Part shown: positions 1-9,133 of the stretch, in pieces
Numbering within the stretch: the stretch's first letter is position 1
Layout: each line of letters opens with the position of its first letter
Assembly: GCA_041675145.1 (NCBI GenBank)
Contig: JBAYUK010000001.1
Coordinates: forward strand, 378,283 to 428,244
Direction of reading: 5' to 3'
Source: Patescibacteria group bacterium
GTDB lineage: Bacteria > Patescibacteriota > JACPGU01
DNA: 49,962 nt
Position numbers and translations under genes: made by a program
Notes under the pieces: model-generated
Told to the model about the DNA's origin: nothing
Database searches by the model: none
The model's input: the letters and a program-made list of their open reading frames with translations, nothing else

Positions 1-609
1 ATCACCTCAAACTGTGGTGTTGGCACATACTTTTGCGCTATCAACCCAAAGGGTGAATTCAGAATGTGCAATCAGTCGCAGTTGGTTTTTGGGAAACTTC
101 CAGAGGAGCCTATCGAGGCAATCTGGAACAAGCCATCACTGGATATCTTCCGCGACCTCAACTGGGTCGATGAACCCTGCAAGTCCTGTGAACTCCTGTT
201 GGACTGCACAGGAGGCTGCAAAGTAGATTCGAACTGCTCAAATAAGTTCTGCATTGACTATGCGGTTCGTGGCCTCTCTAAACCAGTCTCAGAACTGGTC
301 GCCAAGGTCTCCCATCGCAAGCCTGAAGAGTCCTACCCCGAGCACCTTCGATCCTTTGCGCCTAACCGCTACATGAAACTCACCACCCGGTACACGGAAA
401 ATTTTCTGGTGACCCGGTACCAAACCGTCAAACTCAATAACCTGGCTCTCGAAATGGCTCGCGCTATTCTCGACCACAAAACCAATAACGAGCAAGGGCT
501 CATTCAGTTGTTTGGACAATGGGTCGAAGAACATGATGTGCGAACCTTTGTGAGCCAGATGCTGCAAGTCAACGCGCTTGATCTTGTGGAGGACGGCCAT
601 GCCGCCTAA
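1..609 (+). CDS. Radical SAM/SPASM-domain protein, C-terminal part (5'-truncated by window), with C-terminal PqqD/RRE-like domain
   Basis: Frame 1 is open from base 1: ITSNCGVGTYFCAINPKGEFRMCNQS (SPASM Cx-G...I.P.G....C), then CKSCELLLDCTGGC (CxxCx5Cx3C). The last ~75 aa have a 3-strand/3-helix pattern ending HDVRTFVSQMLQVNAL, like PqqD/RRE. Confidence 0.85.
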   Translation: MTSNCGVGTYFCAINPKGEFRMCNQSQLVFGKLPEEPIEAIWNKPSLDIFRDLNWVDEPCKSCELLLDCTGGCKVDSNCSNKFCIDYAVRGLSKPVSELVAKVSHRKPEESYPEHLRSFAPNRYMKLTTRYTENFLVTRYQTVKLNNLALEMARAILDHKTNNEQGLIQLFGQWVEEHDVRTFVSQMLQVNALDLVEDGHAA

Positions 610-1186
610 TGCCGCAAAAGAAATTGCGACCCTTCAACAGCTCTATCATACACTCGACGAACTGTATCGGGGCATCGAACACGATTGCGCAGCCTGCAAA
701 GATCCAGACTGCATGGGGTATATTTGGCTCATGAAACAAGAAGTCGAACCCATGTACGAAGCTGGAATTCCACTCGTGCAACTCAACAAAGGCCCCGTCT
801 TTATTCATTCATTTCCACAGAACGAAGACGGAACTCTTAAGCTCTCTGCACGCTATCCAGTCTGCAGCCAACAGTGCACAACGAGTCGCCGTTGCACAAT
901 TCACGAGAATCGCCCACTTGTGTGCCGTCTCTACCCAATAGGGCTTGAAACCACACAGGAGGGGATGATAACATGGGCACTCCACCGAGATTGCCTGTTT
1001 GCAAGAAACATCGAGAAAAACAATCAGCTAGCTGTGTTCACGCACAAAGCAAACGCCATTCTCGAACACCTCTCACCAAAGTTGCTTGGGGAAATCCTGG
1101 AAATGTACCGCGAGGTTGACGCGATAACACATTATCCATTTGGTGAGAACAACTACTACCCCCTCAAGGAGATCTGCCGTGTCTAA
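599..1186 (+). CDS. YkgJ/UPF0153-like cysteine-cluster (Zn/Fe-chelating) protein
   Basis: CAACKDPDCMG ... CSQQC ... CTIHENRPLVCRLYP motif. ATG at 599 follows GGAGG and overlaps the end of the rSAM gene, so it is preferred over the ORF-track start at 578. Confidence 0.8.
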   Translation: MPPNAAKEIATLQQLYHTLDELYRGIEHDCAACKDPDCMGYIWLMKQEVEPMYEAGIPLVQLNKGPVFIHSFPQNEDGTLKLSARYPVCSQQCTTSRRCTIHENRPLVCRLYPIGLETTQEGMITWALHRDCLFARNIEKNNQLAVFTHKANAILEHLSPKLLGEILEMYREVDAITHYPFGENNYYPLKEICRV

Positions 1187-1331
1187 GTGCAAGCCTTTGC
1201 TGGACAGTGACAAAATCACTGATATCAGCGTTAGGCAAAAACCGCTCGCCATCTCCTCGGCCCACATTCAGCCTGAGCCCAGCCCAGACAACAATGTGCA
1301 AGCCGTGAATTCAACGCCCCCACCCGCATAA
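1179..1331 (+). CDS. Small 50-aa peptide, candidate RiPP precursor
   Basis: GTG at 1179 overlaps the ykgJ-like stop, with AAGGAG at 1166-1171. Product (M)SKCKPLLDSDKITDISVRQKPLAISSAHIQPEPSPDNNVQAVNSTPPPA. A terminator follows 20 nt after the stop. Confidence 0.5.
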   Translation: MSKCKPLLDSDKITDISVRQKPLAISSAHIQPEPSPDNNVQAVNSTPPPA

Positions 1332-1350
1332 CATGCGTCACGGGGCACAC

Positions 1351-1380
1351 AAAAGGGCGACGCTGATGCGTCGCCCTTTT
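1351..1380 (+). terminator. Intrinsic terminator (bidirectional geometry)
   Basis: AAAAGGGCGACGC-tgat-GCGTCGCCCTTTT, 13-bp perfect arms between convergent genes. Confidence 0.85.
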
Positions 1381-1427
1381 CCTTTTATCAATTTCCTGAC
1401 CGTACAAGAAATAACGGTAAATAGTTC

Positions 1428-2609
1428 CTACTGAGAAAACTTTACCGGTGGAATAGTGGCGCTCACCGTAGAAGAGAATGCACTCCACTTATTAAACACA
1501 TTTCTGTACCTAACCTTAAAGTAGTGAGTTTTGCCTTCCTGTAGCCCGAAGTTAGTTCCACGCTCCGCCTGGTAGCTATCACTCAAAAGAAGTTCGTGAT
1601 TAAACGAATCCTGCATTACCATCGTTCGCCCTTCAGGGAAGTCTGGACTATCGGATATAGCTAATTCGTAAATGATGTACCCCTGGTTTGGTGCTCCAGC
1701 AATAGTCGTTCGCCCTTCAGCATAGTTCCAAGCAACTGATGCAGGGTAACTCTCATTACCCGTTACCGTAAGCCCAGTTGGAGGCTGTGGGGTAAATGAC
1801 GGATCCTGAACTAAAATTTCAACATACGGTGCAGCAGTAGTCTGTCCAAGCTTACAGGTAATAGTATATTTCTTATTACTTGTTATCACGGGAGTAGTAT
1901 AGCTTCCAATAAGCTGGACGGCTCCTATGCCATTATCTAAAGAACATGACTCATACCCTGTTGCGTCCCAGTTTAGCTGCGCTGTCTCTCCAGAAACGAC
2001 AGAAACCTTATTTGAGTCAAGACTGAACAAGGGAACATGGATATTAATATTAAGGCCATCTTCAGTGCTACTACTTTGATTTTCAGAACTTAGATTATTT
2101 ACCTTTATGTCCCAGTATAAGCCAATATCCTTGAGCCATTCTTTTCCATCCACTACTGGCTGGAAGTATTTACGGTATGATCCAGTAGTAGTATTTGGCG
2201 CCGTGACATAGAAACCAAATGAAGCTACTTCCCCTGGTCTAACTGAGACTTGATCCATGCGAATCCTGTTCGCATGCACACCAACCCAGTTCGGTCCATA
2301 CCCGATCGACTTAGTACCTTCAACATGTTGGTAACATTTGTAGTCTAAGTCGCATTTCGTACTTGGGATAAAATCAAATGGACGATCCTTATCATGCGAG
2401 GTTCCTAGACGAAAATCGTTTTGTGACCATGTTGCCGTTCCAGTGTTCTTAATCTTTACCCATAAGATAGTGGACTCACCTACTTTTAGAGTAGGGTAAG
2501 AAGACTGCTCAACATAGGAATAGTCGTAAGCCTTGGTAGCTGCCTCACTCTTTTGAAATGGCGCTAAAATCAACGTGAGAACAAATAGGATCGATAAAAT
2601 CTTTTTCAT
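1428..2609 (-). CDS. Secreted protein with NBR1-Ig-like and fibronectin type III-like domains
   Basis: Signal peptide MKKILSILFVLTLILAP...SEA (ATG 2609). LKVGESTILWVKIKNTGTATW matches the NBR1-Ig-like pattern; PPTGLTVTG...HYFKVRYRN matches FN3. Confidence 0.7.
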   Translation of the reverse strand: MKKILSILFVLTLILAPFQKSEAATKAYDYSYVEQSSYPTLKVGESTILWVKIKNTGTATWSQNDFRLGTSHDKDRPFDFIPSTKCDLDYKCYQHVEGTKSIGYGPNWVGVHANRIRMDQVSVRPGEVASFGFYVTAPNTTTGSYRKYFQPVVDGKEWLKDIGLYWDIKVNNLSSENQSSSTEDGLNINIHVPLFSLDSNKVSVVSGETAQLNWDATGYESCSLDNGIGAVQLIGSYTTPVITSNKKYTITCKLGQTTAAPYVEILVQDPSFTPQPPTGLTVTGNESYPASVAWNYAEGRTTIAGAPNQGYIIYELAISDSPDFPEGRTMVMQDSFNHELLLSDSYQAERGTNFGLQEGKTHYFKVRYRNVFNKWSAFSSTVSATIPPVKFSQ

Positions 2610-2628
2610 AATAATGTTAGTGTTTGTA

Positions 2629-3777
2629 TTACTTTGCTGGCACTGTACTGGTAGGCTTATTCTTGAGCCTTCCCATAAAGAAGAAAATACCCGATACAGT
2701 AACAGCGAGCACAATGAGAAGTGCCCAAATGTTATGCAAGACCATCGCAATAAGAATTGTCACCGCTGAAAGAATGAGGGATGCAAGAAGCGTGATACCA
2801 GAAATAAGGCCGCGACTTATTGAGCCGAAAATAGGCAGAACATCCAGTAATACACTAATAGGTCCAAGAATCGACATAAGCCCGAGCCACATCATGAGAA
2901 ACCCAATTCCGCGGAATAGCCAGATCATCATAGTATACTCACCATGCAAAGTAACAATCGCCTGGTCTCTACCTCCTATAAATAGTCTATAAAGCTTATT
3001 ATTCTTTGCGTCAAAGAACGGTGAGAACCCAGTACCATTGAGCTTCCCAAAGAGCGTAACATCTGTCTCTGGATAGAGCGCGTCATAACTAACACGCACA
3101 TCACCCACCTGAGGTGTCTCTAATGTAGCGCCAACATTTTTCGTTACAAACATATAGCGCGCTGAAGCAATGATTGCGCCTTCTTGTGGGGTCACGTTTT
3201 GTGTCGTCAAAGACACGGGGGTTGTTATAGGAAGATCCATACTATCAAGCGTTATTGGATATACTCCAATCATAGCCTTTTTTGATACAAGAGTAGTGTC
3301 ACTTAGTGTTTTAACTGGGTTAAGGTGACCTTCTGGATACTTAAAGTTCGCAGAGCTCTCAGGGCTACTCTGCCATGTCTTCACATAGTTATATGTCTTG
3401 GTTGTTGTCTCCGATCCGCCTACGTTTTTAGTTGAGCTAGACTCTTCTTGTTCTTCCCAGGCATACATCTCGGTATGACGAGAAAGCGCGACGAATGGGG
3501 CAGGCTTTACATACAAACCATCACCGATTTGATCGGAAACTTTTATTACTCCTGAAGTCGAGACTAGTTTTCCGTTTAAGCTTGGGTCTGCGTTTTGTAC
3601 TGAACTTATTTCAGGAGCTGTTTTGGCAATATTTGAGAGATCAAGTCGCCCTTCGTTCCAATAGAGAACGCCAAATGAGGCAACAAATAAGATAATACCT
3701 ATTACAATACCGGAAAACGAACTCATAATCCTACTGCCATACCCAACAGTAGTTGTTGTGCTAAATTGGTCTGCCAT
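2629..3777 (-). CDS. TMEM43 (DUF1625/LUMA)-family membrane protein
   Basis: N-terminal TM ending LYWNEGR, large soluble domain (RHTEMYAWEE, PQVGDVRVSY), three C-terminal TMs. Confidence 0.85.
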   Translation of the reverse strand: MADQFSTTTTVGYGSRIMSSFSGIVIGIILFVASFGVLYWNEGRLDLSNIAKTAPEISSVQNADPSLNGKLVSTSGVIKVSDQIGDGLYVKPAPFVALSRHTEMYAWEEQEESSSTKNVGGSETTTKTYNYVKTWQSSPESSANFKYPEGHLNPVKTLSDTTLVSKKAMIGVYPITLDSMDLPITTPVSLTTQNVTPQEGAIIASARYMFVTKNVGATLETPQVGDVRVSYDALYPETDVTLFGKLNGTGFSPFFDAKNNKLYRLFIGGRDQAIVTLHGEYTMMIWLFRGIGFLMMWLGLMSILGPISVLLDVLPIFGSISRGLISGITLLASLILSAVTILIAMVLHNIWALLIVLAVTVSGIFFFMGRLKNKPTSTVPAK

Positions 3778-3871
3778 GATGTGTTTTTATTATAAAATTA
3801 CCTTTATTATGGATAAATTAGAATTAATTACAATAACATAAAATAACCCCCCCCCGCTTGTCATTATAATT

Positions 3872-3908
3872 CTTAATAAAACAGCGGCTATACCGCTGTT
3901 TTATTAAG
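3872..3908 (-). terminator. Long perfect hairpin/terminator containing the trhO stop codon
   Basis: CTTAATAAAACAGCGG-ctata-CCGCTGTTTTATTAAG, 16-bp arms. One arm is the last trhO codons. Confidence 0.7.
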
Positions 3909-4943
3909 TACTTCTTTAAGGTTCGGTCTAAGCCTACTCTTATACACTGCCTTGTTGTCATCTTGTATATGGTAGCCACGACGCAATACCATCTGTTCTT
4001 CAATGGGTAGCGCACAGATCTTTTGACACTCTGGCGTGCAACATCCTTCATATTTCTCAGCACACGCATCACACTGAATAAACAGAAGGTGACACGCTTC
4101 ATTCTTGCAGTTCGTGTGGGTGTCGCACAGTACGTCACACTGGTGACATAACGAGATAATATCCTCGGTTGCTCGTTCTCCTACTCGTCCATCAAAAACA
4201 AAGTTCTTGCCCTTAAACTTTGGTTCAAGGTTCTGTTCACGCACTTCCTGCATGTAGTGAATAATGCCGCCATTAAGCTGGTAGACATGTTCAAATCCCT
4301 GCGCCTTCAGGTAGGCAGAAATGGGTTCACAACGAACACCACCCGTACAATACATCATGATTTTCTTGTCTTTTTTATCTTTGAGCATGAGATCCACCTG
4401 CTCCACTTCTTCTTTGAAGGTGTCTGCATCAGGCGTAATAGCCCCAACAAACCGTCCCACCTCTGACTCGTAGTGGTTACGCATATCCAGCACTAACGCA
4501 TCAGGATCCTCCATGAGCTTGTTCCACTTTTCTGCAGACAGGTGCTTTCCGGTATTGGTGATGTTGTACTGCTTCGGGCTTAACCCATGCGCTACTATTT
4601 TCTCTTTAACCTTAATAGTGAGTTTCCAAAAAGAAATATCTGGCTCTTCGAGGGCAAACTTAAACAACATCTTCTTAAACTCTTTAAAGCTATCTAAATG
4701 CGCTACAAAAAAATCCCAGACTGGTTCTGGCACAGAGATCTGCGCGTTAATTCCTTCACGTGCAACATACACGCGACCCAGTACCCCTAATGCTTTCCAC
4801 GCGATGTAGAGTTCGTCGCGCATAGCTTGTGGGTTTTTAATTCCCACATACCTATAAAACGAGACGGTGCGACGCGAAAAAGACTCGCTTTGTACCTGCG
4901 AGATTGCTTCTTCTTTGCTATATATATTCCGTAACTTACTCAT
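3888..4943 (-). CDS. trhO: tRNA uridine(34) hydroxylase, rhodanese-domain (YceA/TrhO family)
   Basis: SFYRY, GRVYVAREGINAQIS, DMRNHYESEVGRF, MYCTGGVRCE, YQLNGGII and a C-terminal Cys cluster. Confidence 0.9.
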   Translation of the reverse strand: MSKLRNIYSKEEAISQVQSESFSRRTVSFYRYVGIKNPQAMRDELYIAWKALGVLGRVYVAREGINAQISVPEPVWDFFVAHLDSFKEFKKMLFKFALEEPDISFWKLTIKVKEKIVAHGLSPKQYNITNTGKHLSAEKWNKLMEDPDALVLDMRNHYESEVGRFVGAITPDADTFKEEVEQVDLMLKDKKDKKIMMYCTGGVRCEPISAYLKAQGFEHVYQLNGGIIHYMQEVREQNLEPKFKGKNFVFDGRVGERATEDIISLCHQCDVLCDTHTNCKNEACHLLFIQCDACAEKYEGCCTPECQKICALPIEEQMVLRRGYHIQDDNKAVYKSRLRPNLKEVLNKTAV

Positions 4944-4997
4944 GTTGATCCTCCAGTATTACACGCGCTGGGGGATCAAACTTTTTTGTATTATACC

Positions 4998-5915
4998 CTA
5001 GTTCGCCTCATCACGGAAGACCACCTCTACAGGAGCATGATCTGAGTCCACTGTGGGAAGCATAAGAATCTCAAGATCGACATGGTTTCTCAGTTCTTTG
5101 TTATAGATTGTCACCTGTTCAATGTCTGCGTACAGGTTACGAGTTACCAGGACATGATCTAACTGCTCCTGATTCCTGTTGTTCGAAAGAAAGGTATAAC
5201 GATCTGAGGGTTCAGTGTAGTTGGTGGCTCGTTCCAGATATCCGGGTACTTCTAGTAATTCCCATGATCCCTGAATACAGGAAATGGCTGGCCCTCTATC
5301 ATTAAAGTCTCCTGCGACAATCACTTGTGCATGAGGGTCTTCTGCTACAATTTCGTCAATCTTCTTCCGCAGGGCTTGAGCTTCTCCGAGGCGGTTAACA
5401 AGAGCTCGTATGGTTGCCTCACCACCACCAAAATGGGTAGTGTACGGCACTTCTACTTCTCCGTCTAGAATCGGCATACCAAAACCACTTTTTAAGTGGA
5501 TTCCGAAGATATGTAACGCTTTTCCAGTAAATATACTTCTTGCATACACAAAGGAGCGATTCACAGACAAATGTTTGCCAATAGCATCAACCTCACCCAC
5601 TTGGAAAACAGGAAATGGAAGATCTCTCATAAGGAGCGACTCACATTGGGTAGTAGTATCCTTATACAGCATGGCATTAGCTATACCTCGCTTCGAGGGA
5701 GTCGCCATAAATACCTGGTAGGCAATACCAGACCGTTTCACTACTTCTTCCAGAGCAGGCAGTGACCCTACTTCTTGAAGAACGATATAGTCTGCATCAA
5801 GTCGTGCAATACGCTGGGCAAGCCAGTTGAGCTTATCTTCAAACAACTGCGTAAGCTCTGGGGTTACTTCACGAGATGGATACAAATTTTTTACATTAAA
5901 CGTTGCAAATTTCAT
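4998..5915 (-). CDS. Endonuclease/exonuclease/phosphatase family protein
   Basis: ATFNVKNL, LQEV, HLKS, AGDFND, LDHVLV and SDHAPV motifs. Confidence 0.9.
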   Translation of the reverse strand: MKFATFNVKNLYPSREVTPELTQLFEDKLNWLAQRIARLDADYIVLQEVGSLPALEEVVKRSGIAYQVFMATPSKRGIANAMLYKDTTTQCESLLMRDLPFPVFQVGEVDAIGKHLSVNRSFVYARSIFTGKALHIFGIHLKSGFGMPILDGEVEVPYTTHFGGGEATIRALVNRLGEAQALRKKIDEIVAEDPHAQVIVAGDFNDRGPAISCIQGSWELLEVPGYLERATNYTEPSDRYTFLSNNRNQEQLDHVLVTRNLYADIEQVTIYNKELRNHVDLEILMLPTVDSDHAPVEVVFRDEAN

Positions 5916-5923
5916 AGGAGTGA

Positions 5924-6397
5924 TTACGAGTTTTTTATTACCATAAAATCTTTGAGCACTTCGTTGCCATGACCAGCAGCCTTAACGGGGTCGTATACCT
6001 TTACAATTACTCCGTCAGGGTTAATAAGATACGAAACCCGGTAGATACCGGTATATACCCGACCCATGAATTTCTTTTCTCCCCACACTTCGTAGGCTTC
6101 TACTACTTCCTTGGTCTCGTCTGAAAGAAGCGGGAAGTTGAGCTGGTATTTGTCTGCAAACTTCACATGCTTTGCAACTGGATCTACACTCACACCCAAT
6201 ACCACCAGCCCAGCCTCAAGAAACGAAGTCATGTTATCTCGCATCGAACACGCTTCGGCCGTACAACCTGGAGTATCGTCTTTGGGGTAAAAATAGAGCA
6301 AGACCCATTTTCCGCGGTACCCAGATAGCTCATGGGTATTGCCGTCCTGATCTGGCAGCATGAAGTCTGGTGCCCGTTCTCCAGTAGCAAGTGACAT
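5924..6397 (-). CDS. bcp: Thioredoxin-dependent thiol peroxidase (Bcp/PrxQ)
   Basis: YFYPKDDTPGCTAEACSMRD peroxidatic motif. Confidence 0.93.
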   Translation of the reverse strand: MSLATGERAPDFMLPDQDGNTHELSGYRGKWVLLYFYPKDDTPGCTAEACSMRDNMTSFLEAGLVVLGVSVDPVAKHVKFADKYQLNFPLLSDETKEVVEAYEVWGEKKFMGRVYTGIYRVSYLINPDGVIVKVYDPVKAAGHGNEVLKDFMVIKNS

Positions 6398-6444
6398 AAT
6401 GGCGTATTCGTAATAATATAGAGGTATTATATCACACTACTCGT

Positions 6445-6990
6445 ATGCTCTACACCCGAAACGGCGATGACGGAACTAGCAACCTCTACCACCAGCGCGG
6501 TCGCACCTCAAAAAGCGACCCTATTTTTGATGCGCTAGGGACGCTAGACGAACTCAACTGCTGGTGCGGAATTGTCAAAACACACACAGAAGCTACCCTT
6601 ATCTCATACCAAGATCAGAGTCTACCTCAGATAGTCCACGATATTCAAGAAAACCTCTTCATTATCCAGGCAGGACTCGCTGGTGCAGACAAAGAGATAT
6701 CTGGAGAGAAAATACAAAAAATGGAAGAGACAATAAATAATATAGAGAAAGCACTCCCACCCATCACGACCTTTTTTGTACCAGGTGGCACCTCCCTTTC
6801 CTCACACTTAGACATGGCGCGCGCCATAACCCGCAGAGCTGAACGCACCATGGTCACAGCCAAAGAATCAGAAATAGAAATAAATGAGCTCAACCTCCAA
6901 TATATAAACCGCCTATCCAGCCTTTTTTACGCTCTCGTCCGCATCACCAACCATCATTTCGAACAAGCAGAAGAAAAACCGCACTACTAA
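6445..6990 (+). CDS. pduO: PduO-type ATP:cob(I)alamin adenosyltransferase
   Basis: LYTRNGDDGTS, GTLDELN, RRAER, YINRLSSLFY motifs. Confidence 0.88.
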   Translation: MLYTRNGDDGTSNLYHQRGRTSKSDPIFDALGTLDELNCWCGIVKTHTEATLISYQDQSLPQIVHDIQENLFIIQAGLAGADKEISGEKIQKMEETINNIEKALPPITTFFVPGGTSLSSHLDMARAITRRAERTMVTAKESEIEINELNLQYINRLSSLFYALVRITNHHFEQAEEKPHY

Positions 6991-7000
6991 GCTACTTTCA

Positions 7001-7029
7001 TTGACATAAACCCCAACGCCTGATATACT
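7001..7029 (+). promoter_or_regulatory. Sigma70 promoter
   Basis: TTGACA(7001)-17 nt-TATACT(7024) with extended -10 TG. Confidence 0.75.
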
Positions 7030-7082
7030 AATCAGGCGTTCTTAAACGCCCTTTCCTAATCCAAACACCCGTACAGACATCC

Positions 7083-7859
7083 GTGTCCAAAGGAGGACTA
7101 TTCGTGAACCCAACTACAACCCCCAGCAAAAAAGCACCCGCACCTCATCTCGAGATCGTTCTTTTAAGAGGTCCCTCACCCCGGACGACCTCAGAATCCG
7201 AATTAGACTCTTTTGGCGCTGCCACAATAAAGGCAGCATTTGCAACCAGAGGAAGAGAGAAAAGAACCATCAACGGACTCTTCTATGAAGGGAGGTTGCC
7301 GATGATGTTGTGCGCGGGATACTGCGTGGCAGCCTCTGGAAACGACCCACTCTCAGGAATCGAGTACCTGGAAAAACACCCAGTTAAACCCGACAATCGA
7401 CTGGGGTGTGAGATCGAAAAATACACCAAGCACTGCCGAGCACTCGGAGGCACCGGAAACGGTGCCTGGGTCCATAACTGGACCAAACAAAAACAACTAA
7501 ACCTCGCTCCAGAAAAGGTGCTCACTGGCGATGAGGCTGTCACCCAATTCTCTCAGTTTCTGATGAACGAGTGGCAGGAAAAAGCCGAAAAGCGCAAGAT
7601 GCCATCTGAGGTGGTTGCCATTACCGCCGGTCCACTGCTGGCGGCGTTTGTGATCAAGCTCCAAGAAAAAATCAAGGAGCAAATCATCCCAGCCACACCC
7701 AGTCGAACCAACCGCCTATTCCCAGACATTTTCGGTCCGTCCGAACGGATCGGTCTCACCTGGGAACACAAAGACCTCCCCTACCTGACGCTATCCTACC
7801 GAAAACGGGCATTTAAGGTATATAGCCTCCATCTCCGCCAGTTAGCCAAAATGGACTGA
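7083..7859 (+). CDS. Hypothetical protein, possibly degenerate histidine-phosphatase fold
   Basis: 258-aa ORF with its own promoter and terminator. LEIVLLRGP and VVAITAGPLL resemble the RHG and SHG motifs with both His lost. The start codon is uncertain. Confidence 0.6.
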   Translation: MSKGGLFVNPTTTPSKKAPAPHLEIVLLRGPSPRTTSESELDSFGAATIKAAFATRGREKRTINGLFYEGRLPMMLCAGYCVAASGNDPLSGIEYLEKHPVKPDNRLGCEIEKYTKHCRALGGTGNGAWVHNWTKQKQLNLAPEKVLTGDEAVTQFSQFLMNEWQEKAEKRKMPSEVVAITAGPLLAAFVIKLQEKIKEQIIPATPSRTNRLFPDIFGPSERIGLTWEHKDLPYLTLSYRKRAFKVYSLHLRQLAKMD

Positions 7860-7881
7860 CGGCTCACCTTTTCGAAAGGTC

Positions 7882-7918
7882 ATGCTCCCGCTGTGCACAC
7901 GCACTCGGGAGCATTTTT
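7882..7918 (+). terminator. Intrinsic terminator
   Basis: ATGCTCCCG...CGGGAGCAT followed by TTTT. Confidence 0.7.
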
Positions 7919-7954
7919 GTTTCCTATACGATATATGTGATAAAATACTATTCT

Positions 7955-9124
7955 ATGGAAACACCCTCAAAAAAACTTCGTATTGGTATAGATGCTCGCT
8001 ATTACACCCTCCCAGGAGGGATAGGGACTTATTTGCGTGAGCTGATTAGTAACCTAGAAAAGCTAGATACTAGCGACTTTGAATTCGTGATTTTTATCGA
8101 AAAAGCAGCTGTTGGTGTCTACAAACCAACAAAACCAAACTTCAGAACAGTTGTTGCCGATGTTCCTTGGTATACCTTTACTGAACAGCTCAAAATGCCA
8201 GCCATTTGGGGCAAGGAGCATGTTGATCTCATGCACTACACCCACTTCAATAAGTCTATCTTCTTCCGCTCAAAACCATATGTCGTCACCATACACGACC
8301 TTACCTATTCTTTGCAAAAAGAAAAGAAGGTACGCATTTCAAAACTGATGCCAGGTATTTATGAATTTAAATATATGGCATACAAGTTTGCTATTTGGGA
8401 CACCATCAAGCGAGCACGCCAGATTATTGTCCCAACTCATATGGTAAAAAAAGACATCATGAAGGCGTACGCACTCCCAGACACTGCGGTCACTGTCACC
8501 TACGAAGGTGCCAACGAAGGATTTTCACCAAGTAAGAAAATCAGTGGCGAAGAGCTTGCGAAGCGTTGGGGTATTACTCGCCCATACTTTGTGTGTGTGA
8601 GTAATGGCTCACCACACAAGAATCTGAAGCGCTTAACTGAAGCGTTTCAGCTATTTTCTAAGGAGAACCCTGGCTACCAGCTGGTTCTGGGTGGGAGGCG
8701 AAATAAGTTTTACGACGAACTACTTGCGTGGATCGAAACAGAACCGACCTTGAAAGAATCGGTAATCTATACCGGAGAGCTCAAAGACGAGGAATTGAAA
8801 GAACTGGTTGCCAGCTCATTTAGCTCAGTTTTCGTCTCACTTGCAGAAGGCTTTGGAATTCCACTTCTTGAAGGAATGGCTAGTGGCGTCCCGATGATCA
8901 CCAGCAATACCTCGTGTTTGCCTGAAATTGGCGGAGATGCAGCACTCTATTGCGATCCATACAGCCCAGAAGATATTGCTCGAGCAATGACGCAGCTTAC
9001 CGGAGATACCGATCTCCAACACAAGCTAATTACTCAGGGCTTTACCCAGCTGAAAAAGTTCTCATGGCGCACCATGGCAGAGAACACGCTGGCAGTATAT
9101 AAAAATGCTCTGGAAAAAAAGTAA
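7955..9124 (+). CDS. Glycosyltransferase family 4 (GT-B)
   Basis: IGIDARY, GGIGTYLREL, VVTIHDL, PHKNLKRL, EGFGIPLLEGMASG motifs. ATG 7955 is preferred as start. Confidence 0.92.
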   Translation: METPSKKLRIGIDARYYTLPGGIGTYLRELISNLEKLDTSDFEFVIFIEKAAVGVYKPTKPNFRTVVADVPWYTFTEQLKMPAIWGKEHVDLMHYTHFNKSIFFRSKPYVVTIHDLTYSLQKEKKVRISKLMPGIYEFKYMAYKFAIWDTIKRARQIIVPTHMVKKDIMKAYALPDTAVTVTYEGANEGFSPSKKISGEELAKRWGITRPYFVCVSNGSPHKNLKRLTEAFQLFSKENPGYQLVLGGRRNKFYDELLAWIETEPTLKESVIYTGELKDEELKELVASSFSSVFVSLAEGFGIPLLEGMASGVPMITSNTSCLPEIGGDAALYCDPYSPEDIARAMTQLTGDTDLQHKLITQGFTQLKKFSWRTMAENTLAVYKNALEKK

Positions 9125-9133
9125 GCATATAAT

